Translations under genes and position numbers: made by a program
Shown here: piece by piece, positions 34,403 through 42,520 of the stretch
Layout: every line of letters begins with the position of its first letter
Position numbering within the stretch: position 1 is the first letter of the stretch
Notes under the pieces: generated by a model
The model's database searches: none
Told to the model about the DNA's origin: nothing
Seen by the model: only the letters and a program-made list of their open reading frames with translations
DNA from: Coriobacteriales bacterium
GTDB taxonomy: Bacteria > Actinomycetota > Coriobacteriia > Coriobacteriales > UBA8131
DNA length: 48,042 bases
NCBI GenBank assembly: GCA_031263025.1
Contig: JAISGO010000036.1
Location: 1-48,042, forward strand
Direction of reading: 5' to 3'

Positions 34403-36913
34403 ATGAAAGTATCCTTGAAATGGTTGAAGACCCTGGTCGCGTTGCCGGAACTGAAAAACGCGGCTGACCTCCGGAAATTCACAGACCGACTCGATTTGAC
34501 CGGAACCGCGGTGGATGGCGTGATCGACGTCGGCGGCGGTTTCAGTGGTGTGGTGGTCGGACAGATCGCCGAGCGCGAGCCGCATCCGAATTCGGATCAC
34601 ATGTGGCTCTGCCGGGTAGACGTAGGTTCGGTCAACCTCGGCGCAGACGGGCAGCCAGAGCCGCTGCAGATCGTTTGCGGCGCCCAGAACTTCGCAGCCG
34701 GCGACAAGACGGCGGTTGCCATGATCGGTGCTGAGCTGCCGGGCGGAGTCAAGATCAAGAAGTCCAAGCTACGTGGCATCGCCTCCTGTGGCATGAATTG
34801 CTCCGAGCGCGAGCTCGGCCTTTCCGACGAAGCCTCCGGTATCATGATCCTGCCGCCGGACGCGCCGCTGGGCCAACCCCTGGCCGATTACCTCGGCCAG
34901 CACGACACCGTGCTTGACCTGGAGATCACCCCCAACCGCCCAGACTGCATGAGCGTGCTGGGCGTGGCCCGGGAGGTCGCAGCGGTCTATGACGAGCCCT
35001 ACCGCCTACCCGAGCTTGCGGAGCTGCTGGAAAGTGATGAACAACCCGCCTGTTATCCTGAACTTGATTCAGGATCTCCTGCAGAAAATACCGCCGGCAA
35101 CGCCGCCGACCTTATCGACGTGACCATCGATGATGTGGCCCTTTGCAGCCGCTACACCGCCCGTCTCATCAAAAACGTCAAAGTCGGGCCTTCTCCTGCT
35201 TGGCTGGCCGAACGGGTCGAGGCCTGCGGCACCCGTTCAATCAATAATATCGTCGACGTCACCAACTACATCATGTATGAACTGGGCCAGCCTCTGCATG
35301 CCTTTGACTATGACACTTTGACCAAGGGCGCCGACGGCAAGGTTCACATTGTGGTGCGGGCCTCGGGCGAAGGGGAGAAATTCACCACCTTGGACGGCAT
35401 CGAGCGTGAGCTCAACCCGGACATCGCCGCCATCGTTGACGGCAATGCCGCCGCTGGAGCGGGGCAGACCGTCTGCCTCGCAGGCGTGATGGGCGGCCTC
35501 AACAGCGAAGTTACCGAGCACACCACCAATATCCTGCTTGAGGCGGCGGCTTTTGACCCCGGTCATTCCAGCCGCACTTCGCGCTCGCTGAAGCTCTTCA
35601 GCGAGGCATCACAGCGCTACGAACGCGGCGTTGATGCCGCGACTTGTGCTGACTTCAGCCTACGCGCCGCTCAGCTGATGGCGGCGGTGGGCGGTGGCAG
35701 CCTCTGTGCGGGCTTAGTTGATGTCTACCCGACGCCGCAGCCGACCTATGACCTCGATCTCGACCTGGCCTGGTTTGATGCTTTCATCGGCGCGGAGATT
35801 CCCGCCGCCGACGTCCAAAGCATCCTCGAGCGCCTCGGCTGTGTGGTCAAAGACGCCGGCGAGCGCCATCTTCAGGTGCAGACGCCGACCTTCCGGCCGG
35901 ATCTGCCCCGGGCGGTCGATTTGGCCGAGGAGGTGCTGCGCATCTGGGGAATGTCCCGGGTCGAAGCCACCCTGCCGGGCGGGCGCGGACGGGTCGGACA
36001 GATCTCCCGGGAAAGCCGGATCGAGCAGCGGATCGGTGAACTTCTGCGCGCTTCCGGGCTCTCTGAGACCATGACCTACGCTTTCGTCGAACCGGGCGAC
36101 ATGGCCAAGCTGCGCATGCCCCTGGCCGAGCAGAGCAAACAGGTCGAGCTGCTCAACCCGATTGTCGCCGACGAATCGGTGTTACGCCAGAGCTTGATCC
36201 CAAACCTATTGAAGAGCGTCACCTACAACCAAAACCACGGCACAGACCAGGTTTTACTCTACGAGCTTGACCGGGTCTTCGTTGCCAAGGCCGGACGCAA
36301 GCTGCCCAAGGAGCGCAAGCTGGTGGCAGGCGTGATCTGCGGCGACGGTCTCGACTTCTTCGATGCCAAAGGTGTGGTTGAGGGAATTCTCGCCCATCTC
36401 GGCATCGTCCAGGTCGCTTTCAGCCCGACCGAGCTGGCCTGGCTTCAGCCCGGGCAGGCAGCCGAGGTCAAAGGCCAAGGGGGGCCGGTCTTTGGCTGGG
36501 TCGGCCAGATTCATCCTTTGGCCGCGCAGGCTTTTGGCTGCTCCGGCTCCGTATTCGCTTTCGAACTAGAATTGAACGCGCTGATCAAAGCCGCTCACGA
36601 GGTCAAGGAGGTGCGCTCGCTCTCGGATTATCCCGAAGTCGCGCTCGATTTGGCGGTGGTGGTACCAGATGAGGTCAGTTTCGCCGACCTACATCAGGCC
36701 ATCTTCAAATTTGGTGGCAGCCTGCTCAAGTCAGCCGAGCTCTTCGACGTCTTCAGCGACCCGGCTAAGCTGGGCGCAGACAAGAAATCGCTCGCCTTCA
36801 ACCTCAGCTTCGGCGCCGACGACCACACCCTTACCCAAGATGCCGCTGAAGAGCAGCTCGCTCGCATCGTCAAGAAGCTGAACAAACAGTTCGGCGCCGA
36901 ACTGCGCCACTGA
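34403..36913 (+). CDS. pheT: Phenylalanine-tRNA ligase beta subunit
   Basis: MKVSLKWL, HPNSDHM, QIVCGAQN, LEITPNRPD, INNIVDVTNY..ELGQPLHAFD, RYERGVD, C-terminal FDX-ACB. Confidence 0.98.
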   Translation: MKVSLKWLKTLVALPELKNAADLRKFTDRLDLTGTAVDGVIDVGGGFSGVVVGQIAEREPHPNSDHMWLCRVDVGSVNLGADGQPEPLQIVCGAQNFAAGDKTAVAMIGAELPGGVKIKKSKLRGIASCGMNCSERELGLSDEASGIMILPPDAPLGQPLADYLGQHDTVLDLEITPNRPDCMSVLGVAREVAAVYDEPYRLPELAELLESDEQPACYPELDSGSPAENTAGNAADLIDVTIDDVALCSRYTARLIKNVKVGPSPAWLAERVEACGTRSINNIVDVTNYIMYELGQPLHAFDYDTLTKGADGKVHIVVRASGEGEKFTTLDGIERELNPDIAAIVDGNAAAGAGQTVCLAGVMGGLNSEVTEHTTNILLEAAAFDPGHSSRTSRSLKLFSEASQRYERGVDAATCADFSLRAAQLMAAVGGGSLCAGLVDVYPTPQPTYDLDLDLAWFDAFIGAEIPAADVQSILERLGCVVKDAGERHLQVQTPTFRPDLPRAVDLAEEVLRIWGMSRVEATLPGGRGRVGQISRESRIEQRIGELLRASGLSETMTYAFVEPGDMAKLRMPLAEQSKQVELLNPIVADESVLRQSLIPNLLKSVTYNQNHGTDQVLLYELDRVFVAKAGRKLPKERKLVAGVICGDGLDFFDAKGVVEGILAHLGIVQVAFSPTELAWLQPGQAAEVKGQGGPVFGWVGQIHPLAAQAFGCSGSVFAFELELNALIKAAHEVKEVRSLSDYPEVALDLAVVVPDEVSFADLHQAIFKFGGSLLKSAELFDVFSDPAKLGADKKSLAFNLSFGADDHTLTQDAAEEQLARIVKKLNKQFGAELRH

Positions 36914-36935
36914 GCTGTCTTGTGGGCTTCTTCTC

Positions 36936-37141
36936 TATTTGAGTGCGCTTGGGTCTTTGCAGCACGCCGAAGTTGCCTAGCCGGTAATGAGGGGTGCAAC
37001 AATCCTGGCAACAGCTATCGAGATAATGCGATGTCTTTCTTTTATTATTCGGATGCAGTTGAGGTAAGCGACAGGGCGAAGTTTACTAGGGTAAATGAGC
37101 GCTGGCGCGAACCCCAAATGCGCCGAATAATAAAAGAAAGA
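36936..37141 (+). repeat. Long-hairpin element subtype B: truncated copy (36936-37002) plus full diverged copy (37034-37141)
   Basis: Apices GAAGTTGCCTAGCCGGTAATGAG (36969) and GAAGTTTACTAGGGTAAATGAG (37078); perfect 19-bp basal stem TCTTTCTTTTATTATTCGG/CCGAATAATAAAAGAAAGA. Confidence 0.82.
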
Positions 37142-37238
37142 ACCCCCGCTGTGTTCAGTCAGCGGGGGTTCCCTTGCCCAAGATGCGATGCTGTAATGTT
37201 TATTAGAAAGGAGGTAGGATTTTCTCTACATCGCACGC
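37131..37238 (-). ncRNA. Candidate ~105-nt small RNA with an anti-Shine-Dalgarno loop
   Basis: Minus strand: TGcCATAAT -10; TGCGATG/CATCGCA stem enclosing ACCTCCTTTCT; then terminator GAACCCCCGCTG/CAGCGGGGGTTC + TTTCTTTT. Confidence 0.55.
37140..37171 (-). terminator. Rho-independent terminator oriented on the minus strand
   Basis: 12-bp GC stem; the T-tract follows only on the minus strand, although both flanking CDSs are on +. Confidence 0.75.
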
Positions 37239-37289
37239 CTATTATTATGGCAGCTTTTTTTAACGAGAGGGTAACGAAAGTACAATAGA

Positions 37290-38156
37290 GTGTCAACATT
37301 CGCCCTAAAAATCGCCTATCTTGGCAGCAATTTTTCAGGTTTTGCCCGTCAGCCCAGACAACGCTCTGTGCAGGGAGAACTTGAACAGAGCCTGACCAGG
37401 TTGTTGGACCAGCCGATTGTCCTGGCTTGCGCTGGGCGCACCGATGCCGGTGTACACGCCCTCGGCCAAATAATCTCCTTTGTTGTGAAACCTGAAATGC
37501 TCACTCATTCGGCACGGCTCCTGCAGCCCTCGCTTCTGCAGCGTGCGCTCAATGCCGATCTGCCCAAGGACATCTTCTGTCGTGGCGCGAAGCTTGCCCC
37601 AGAGGCTTTTTCGGCCCGTTTTGATGCCCGGGCCCGCACTTATCGCTACTTGATCTGCCAGGAGCGCCCCCTCTTCATCCATGCTTGGTGGTTGCGCCGC
37701 CACCCGCTCGACCTTGCGGCTATGCGTGAAGCGGCTGCCCTGCTCATCGGCGAGCATGATTTCAAGAGCTTCTGCGTTGCCAAGTCGGCTGCTGCGCTGG
37801 AAGCCCGCGGCCTCAGCACTTGCCGCGAGCTCATCCAGCTCAAGCTCTTCCGCAGATCCGTCCTGGGACAGCCTTGCCTGGTCGTGGAGGTGACCGGCAA
37901 CGCCTTCCTCCATTCGATGGTGCGCACCATGGTCGGCACTTTGGTCAAAGTCGGCCTGGGTCAGCGTGATCCAAGCTGGGTCGCTGAGGTCTTGGCCGCC
38001 CGTTCGCGCGCAGCTGCCGGTGATAGCGCTCCCGCCGATGGGCTTTACCTCTGGTCGGTTGACTATGACTACTGCCATGGGGCGCTGTGCTGCCGGATCC
38101 GACCGGAGGCAGCGTTTTCTCAGGGGCCTCGGGTGGCCCCGGCGCGAGGGCTGTGA
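37290..38156 (+). CDS. truA: tRNA pseudouridine(38-40) synthase
   Basis: AYLGSNFSGFARQ, AGRTDAGVHALGQ, FSARFDA..RTYRY, GEHDFKSF, GNAFLHSMVR, APADGLYL. Confidence 0.96.
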   Translation: MSTFALKIAYLGSNFSGFARQPRQRSVQGELEQSLTRLLDQPIVLACAGRTDAGVHALGQIISFVVKPEMLTHSARLLQPSLLQRALNADLPKDIFCRGAKLAPEAFSARFDARARTYRYLICQERPLFIHAWWLRRHPLDLAAMREAAALLIGEHDFKSFCVAKSAAALEARGLSTCRELIQLKLFRRSVLGQPCLVVEVTGNAFLHSMVRTMVGTLVKVGLGQRDPSWVAEVLAARSRAAAGDSAPADGLYLWSVDYDYCHGALCCRIRPEAAFSQGPRVAPARGL

Positions 38157-38470
38157 TGCTCTGCATTACCCTCCAGTTTCGGGGTAACTGCCGCCTCAGC
38201 CCCGAACTTGCCGCCGCTTTCCTCGAGGCTTACCCGCGCCTCGGGCGACATGCCTGCAAAGGCTTGCATGGCGGGCACTTCGCTGACAATATCGTCGGTA
38301 CGAGCTATGCCCATCTCTTCGAGCACCTCCTGATCGAGCTTGCTGTCTGCGCCCACCCCGGCCAGGTCTTCGCCGGCAACACCAAATGCCTCGACCCTGT
38401 CCGTCAGCTCTACCAAGTGCGCCTGCGCTGCGTCGTCCCGGGCGAATCAGGCTGCGAGCCAGCTGTCTAG
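38156..38470 (+). CDS. Stand-alone cyanophycin-synthetase N-terminal-domain-like protein (104 aa)
   Basis: YPRLGRHAC-x18-HLFEHLLIEL...FAGNT...YQVRL resembles the CphA1 N-domain (P.L.EH.C...GT...HxxEH...EL); TGATG coupling to truA. Confidence 0.65.
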   Translation: MLCITLQFRGNCRLSPELAAAFLEAYPRLGRHACKGLHGGHFADNIVGTSYAHLFEHLLIELAVCAHPGQVFAGNTKCLDPVRQLYQVRLRCVVPGESGCEPAV

Positions 38471-38688
38471 TACTAGGTATAGGGTTGCTACAATTTGTCA
38501 GAGTGGTGGCGACCTCTCGCGGTTGGCTTCGTCAAAAGGTGCCGGCTTAGCCTATGTTCACCGGCACGGTCGCCCTTTTTTTGTTATACTGGTTTACGTT
38601 GCTCAACTGAGAACGAACCGTCAATGAAGCGTGTCCTGTAGCAACACCCCGTATATCGACATATTTCAAGGAGTTTGAGTAGAGTTTC

Positions 38689-39474
38689 ATGAACCCACTT
38701 GGCGCACTATCTGACGAAGTCAGTAAGTTGGTTTCCAACATAGCCACCCAGCCCATGATTGGCTGGGCGACTACTTTCACCCCTTTCATCATCCTGATCT
38801 TCCTTTTCGCTCTGATCCTGATCCTAGTGAGCGCCCGTCATCTTAAGTTGGTTCCCCAAAACCGCTTCATGGGCATCATGGAGTTCTTCGTCAGTTTCAC
38901 CTCTGATAATATCGGCTATGGCGTGATCGGGGAGTCAGCCAAGCGGCATCTGCCTTTCCTGCTTACCCTCTTTGTTTTCTTGTTGCTTTCCAACTTGTTC
39001 GGTATCATCCCCGGTCTGCGTCCGGCCTCCGGCACCATGGGTGTGACCGTCTGTTTGGCTCTCATCTCCTATATCTACTACACCGTCCAGGGCGTCAAGG
39101 CCCGGGGCGGCTGGCACTACATCAAGAGCATCGGACCGGCCGGGATCAAGCCCTGGCCGCTGGGCGCTTTCATCTGGATCCTAGAGCTGATTTCCAATCT
39201 CCTGCGTATGCTTACCCTCTCGGTTCGGCTTTTCGCCAACATGTTCGCCGGCCACATCATGCTCGGCGTCCTGGCCACCCTTTGCAGCCTTTTCATCGAG
39301 GCCGCCATTGCCAGCCTGGGCGGCATGACCGTCGCTTTCGGCGGTATCGGCCTGCTCTGGTTGCTGCTTTTGGTGGTGATGTACGCCCTCGAGGTTTTCG
39401 TGGCCGTCATCCAGGCTTATGTGTTCACGATGCTCAGTAGTGTCTATGTTTTCTTGGCGACCTCTGAACATTAG
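38689..39474 (+). CDS. atpB: F0F1 ATP synthase subunit a
   Basis: LLSNLFGIIPG, ELISNLLRMLTLSVRLFANMFAGH, LEVFVAVIQAYVFTMLSSVY. Confidence 0.97.
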   Translation: MNPLGALSDEVSKLVSNIATQPMIGWATTFTPFIILIFLFALILILVSARHLKLVPQNRFMGIMEFFVSFTSDNIGYGVIGESAKRHLPFLLTLFVFLLLSNLFGIIPGLRPASGTMGVTVCLALISYIYYTVQGVKARGGWHYIKSIGPAGIKPWPLGAFIWILELISNLLRMLTLSVRLFANMFAGHIMLGVLATLCSLFIEAAIASLGGMTVAFGGIGLLWLLLLVVMYALEVFVAVIQAYVFTMLSSVYVFLATSEH

Positions 39475-39524
39475 GGATAGTTGGTTATTTAGTTAGTTGA
39501 AGTCATAGAAAGGAAAAGTTCAAT

Positions 39525-39728
39525 ATGACTGCATTAGCTGTGTTAGGTTATGGTTTGGCCGCGATCGGCGGTGGTATCGGCGTAGGTCTGGCCGGTCTTG
39601 GTGCGACTCAGGCCGTGGCCCGTCAGCCTGAGATGTATTCCCGCATCTTCACCGTATTCATCCTCTCCGCCGCTATGTCCGAGGCCCTCGGTCTGCTCGG
39701 TTTCGTGCTCTTCTTCATCGCCCATTAG
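39525..39728 (+). CDS. atpE: F0F1 ATP synthase subunit c (no Na+-binding Q...ES/T signature, so probably H+)
   Basis: GGGIGVG, ARQPE loop, SEAL carboxylate. Confidence 0.97.
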   Translation: MTALAVLGYGLAAIGGGIGVGLAGLGATQAVARQPEMYSRIFTVFILSAAMSEALGLLGFVLFFIAH

Positions 39729-39755
39729 AGTCCGGGTCGATTGGAAGACAGACAG

Positions 39756-40379
39756 ATGACTAATAAAATCAAGAAAATCACAACGCGCGTAGGCTTTGCC
39801 GCCTGCACTGCGGTCTGCTCTTTCAGCTTTCTGCCGACCTTAGCCTTTGCGGACGAGGGCGGGGCTTCGAGCCAGCTCGGTCTTGGCATGCTGATCCCGA
39901 CTTTGGGCGAGTTCTTGCCCATGCTGATCGCTTTCATCGTGCTCCTGATCGTGCTTGGCAAGTTCGGCTGGCCGGCTTTCATCGGCATGATCGACAAGCG
40001 CCGCGACACCATCAAGTCGCAGCTTGAAGAAGCCGAGAAGGCAAAGCTTGAGGCCGAAGGTCTGCTCAAGCAGGCCCAGGATAACCTCGCTGACACCCAG
40101 AAGCAGGCTGCCGAGATCATCGCCCAGGCAAAGCAGACCGCCGAGAAGGCCAAGGCCGAGATCGCCCAACAAGCGACCGCAGAGGCCGAGCGCATCAAGC
40201 AGACCGCCGAGCAAGCTATGGCCACCGAGCGGGCAGCCGCCGTGGCTGAGCTCCAAGCTAATGCCGCCGCTTTCGCGGTGCTAGTGGCCGGTAAGCTGAT
40301 CAACAAAGACTTAAGCGATGCCGATCATCTCAAGATCGTGCAGCAGTACGTGAAAGAGGCGGGTGACCTCCGTGGCTAA
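39756..40379 (+). CDS. atpF: F0F1 ATP synthase subunit b with signal-peptide-like N-terminus
   Basis: FIVLLIVLGKFGWP...IDKRRDTI coiled coil; operon position. Confidence 0.93.
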   Translation: MTNKIKKITTRVGFAACTAVCSFSFLPTLAFADEGGASSQLGLGMLIPTLGEFLPMLIAFIVLLIVLGKFGWPAFIGMIDKRRDTIKSQLEEAEKAKLEAEGLLKQAQDNLADTQKQAAEIIAQAKQTAEKAKAEIAQQATAEAERIKQTAEQAMATERAAAVAELQANAAAFAVLVAGKLINKDLSDADHLKIVQQYVKEAGDLRG

Positions 40380-40944
40380 CAACCGCCTCATCACCAAGCG
40401 GGTCGTCGAAGTCTACGCAGGGGTCTTGTTAGAAGCGGCACAGGCCGATGGTCGCGAGACCGTTTTCGCCCTGGCCGGTCAGCTGCAACAGCTGATTGAG
40501 ACCGTACGTGGTAGCGTCGAGCTCGAAGAGGCCCTGCAAGACCAGGGGATTGCGGCTGAGGCCAAGGTTGATTTGGCACGTCGGCTTTTCCCCGCCGACG
40601 CTGACTGCCTCTTCGCTTTGCTCAAGGTGATGTTCGAACGTGACGACCTCAAGTTGCTCGCCCAAGTGCGCGACGCCTACACGGCTGGTGCCGAAGCGGC
40701 CCTGGGGGCCCAGTTCATGGACGTCACCACGGCGGTGCCACTGGATGCGGCTACCCGCCAAGGCCTATTGGATAAGTATCAACAAGAGTTTGGCTGTGAT
40801 GTCCTTCTGCGCGAGCACGTCGACGCCAAATTAATCGGAGGAATCATAATCAGTACCCACGGCCGAGTACTTGACGCCTCTGTCTCAGCTCAGCTGAAAC
40901 GGGCCCGTCGAGTGCTTAGCCAAGTGCGTGGAGGTGAAAGATAG
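40372..40944 (+). CDS. atpH: F0F1 ATP synthase subunit delta
   Basis: YAGVLLEAA; VTTAVPLD; [11 protein letters not shown]...VLDASV..QL. Confidence 0.92.
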   Translation: MANNRLITKRVVEVYAGVLLEAAQADGRETVFALAGQLQQLIETVRGSVELEEALQDQGIAAEAKVDLARRLFPADADCLFALLKVMFERDDLKLLAQVRDAYTAGAEAALGAQFMDVTTAVPLDAATRQGLLDKYQQEFGCDVLLREHVDAKLIGGIIISTHGRVLDASVSAQLKRARRVLSQVRGGER

Positions 40945-42518
40945 TGGCAGAGATTACAGCCAAACAAATTGACGAAGCCCTCCGCTCCCAGCTCGAGAAG
41001 GTCAATGTCAGCGTCGAGTCCCGTGAAGAGGGCTCGGTCATCCAGATCGGCGATGGTATCGCCCGTATTGATGGCCTCAAAGGCGCGATGGCCGGTGAGT
41101 TGTTGGAGTTCGTGGGCGAGAGCGGTCAGACCGTCTACGGCCTGGCCCAAAACCTAGAAGAGACCGAAGTCGGCGCCGTGTTACTCGGTGACGTGACAGC
41201 CATCAAGGAGAACGACAAGGTGCGTACCACTGGGCGCATCGTTGAGGTGCCCTGCGGCAAAGACTTCGTCGGCCGTGTGGTCAACCCCCTCGGTATGCCG
41301 CTTGACGGCAAGGGGCCGATCAAGGCCGATGGTAGCCGCCCGGTCGAGTTCAAGGCCCCCGGCGTGATTGAGCGCGAGGGCGTGAGCGAGCCGATGCAGA
41401 CAGGGCTCCTCGCCATTGACTCGATGATCCCGATTGGCCGTGGCCAGCGTGAGCTGATTATCGGCGATCGTCAGACCGGTAAGACCGCCATCGCGGTGGA
41501 CACCATTATTAACTCCAAGGGCAAGGATCTAATCTGCATTTATGTCGCGATCGGCCAGAAGGCCTCGACGGTGGCGACCGTACTCGAGACACTCGAGCGT
41601 TATGGCGCGATGGACTATACCATCGTGGTCAGCGCTACCGCCGCCGACAGCGCGCCCTTGCAATACATCGCTCCGATGGCCGGTTGCGCGATGGGTGAGT
41701 ACTTCATTTACAACGGTGCCGATGGCAAGCCGGCCAGCGCCGACAATCCCGGACGCCATGTCCTCTGCATCTATGACGACCTCTCCAAGCAGGCCGTCGC
41801 CTATAGGCAGATGTCCTTGACTCTGCGCCGGCCACCCGGACGTGAGGCCTATCCCGGTGACGTCTTCTATCTACACTCCCGCCTGCTTGAGCGCGCGGTC
41901 AAGCTCTCCGAGAAGAACGGCCATGGTTCGCTGACGGCCCTGCCCATCATCGAGACCCAGGCTGGTGACGTCTCCGCCTACATCCCCACCAACGTCATCT
42001 CCATCACCGATGGCCAGATCTTCCTCCAGACCGACCTTTTCTATCAAGGCCAGCGCCCTGCGGTCAACGTCGGTATCTCGGTCAGCCGGGTTGGTGGCGA
42101 CGCCCAGCTCAAGGCCATGAAGCAGGTGGCAGGTTCTTTGCGCCTCGACCTTGCTGCCTATCGTGAACTGCAGGCTTTCGCCCAGTTTGGCTCCGACCTG
42201 GATAAGGCCACCCAAGACCAGCTCAACCGCGGCTCCAAGATGACCGAGCTGCTCAAGCAAGGCCGCTATGTGCCGATGCCGGTAGAAGACCAGATCGTCT
42301 CCATCTATGCCGGTGACGAGGGTTTCCTTGATGATTTGGTGGTTTCGGACGTTTTACGCTTCCGCAGTGAGTTGATTGAGTTCATGCATGCCTCACACGA
42401 CAAGACCATGCAGCAAATTGTCGCCGATGGCAAGCTCTCCGACGACCTCAAAGCCGATTTGACTGAGTGTATCGGTGCTTTCAAGAAGACCTTTGCGCCG
42501 ACTAAGGCGGCTGCCTGA
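40944..42518 (+). CDS. atpA: F0F1 ATP synthase subunit alpha
   Basis: [41 protein letters not shown]. Confidence 0.99.
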   Translation: MAEITAKQIDEALRSQLEKVNVSVESREEGSVIQIGDGIARIDGLKGAMAGELLEFVGESGQTVYGLAQNLEETEVGAVLLGDVTAIKENDKVRTTGRIVEVPCGKDFVGRVVNPLGMPLDGKGPIKADGSRPVEFKAPGVIEREGVSEPMQTGLLAIDSMIPIGRGQRELIIGDRQTGKTAIAVDTIINSKGKDLICIYVAIGQKASTVATVLETLERYGAMDYTIVVSATAADSAPLQYIAPMAGCAMGEYFIYNGADGKPASADNPGRHVLCIYDDLSKQAVAYRQMSLTLRRPPGREAYPGDVFYLHSRLLERAVKLSEKNGHGSLTALPIIETQAGDVSAYIPTNVISITDGQIFLQTDLFYQGQRPAVNVGISVSRVGGDAQLKAMKQVAGSLRLDLAAYRELQAFAQFGSDLDKATQDQLNRGSKMTELLKQGRYVPMPVEDQIVSIYAGDEGFLDDLVVSDVLRFRSELIEFMHASHDKTMQQIVADGKLSDDLKADLTECIGAFKKTFAPTKAAA

Positions 42519-42520
42519 GT

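Noticed and set aside
814-37141. Integron attC cassette array or T-box/riboswitch reading of the hairpin family
   Set aside because: No consistent RYYYAAC/GTTRRRY ends, no integrase, and the flanked genes are mostly core genes. No T-box (GGTGGNACCGCG) or recognisable riboswitch consensus, and copies often lie 3' of or antisense to genes.
36920-37288. 122-aa ORF between pheT and truA
   Set aside because: It runs through two hairpin elements, a terminator and the sRNA candidate; TTG start, atypical composition and no motif.
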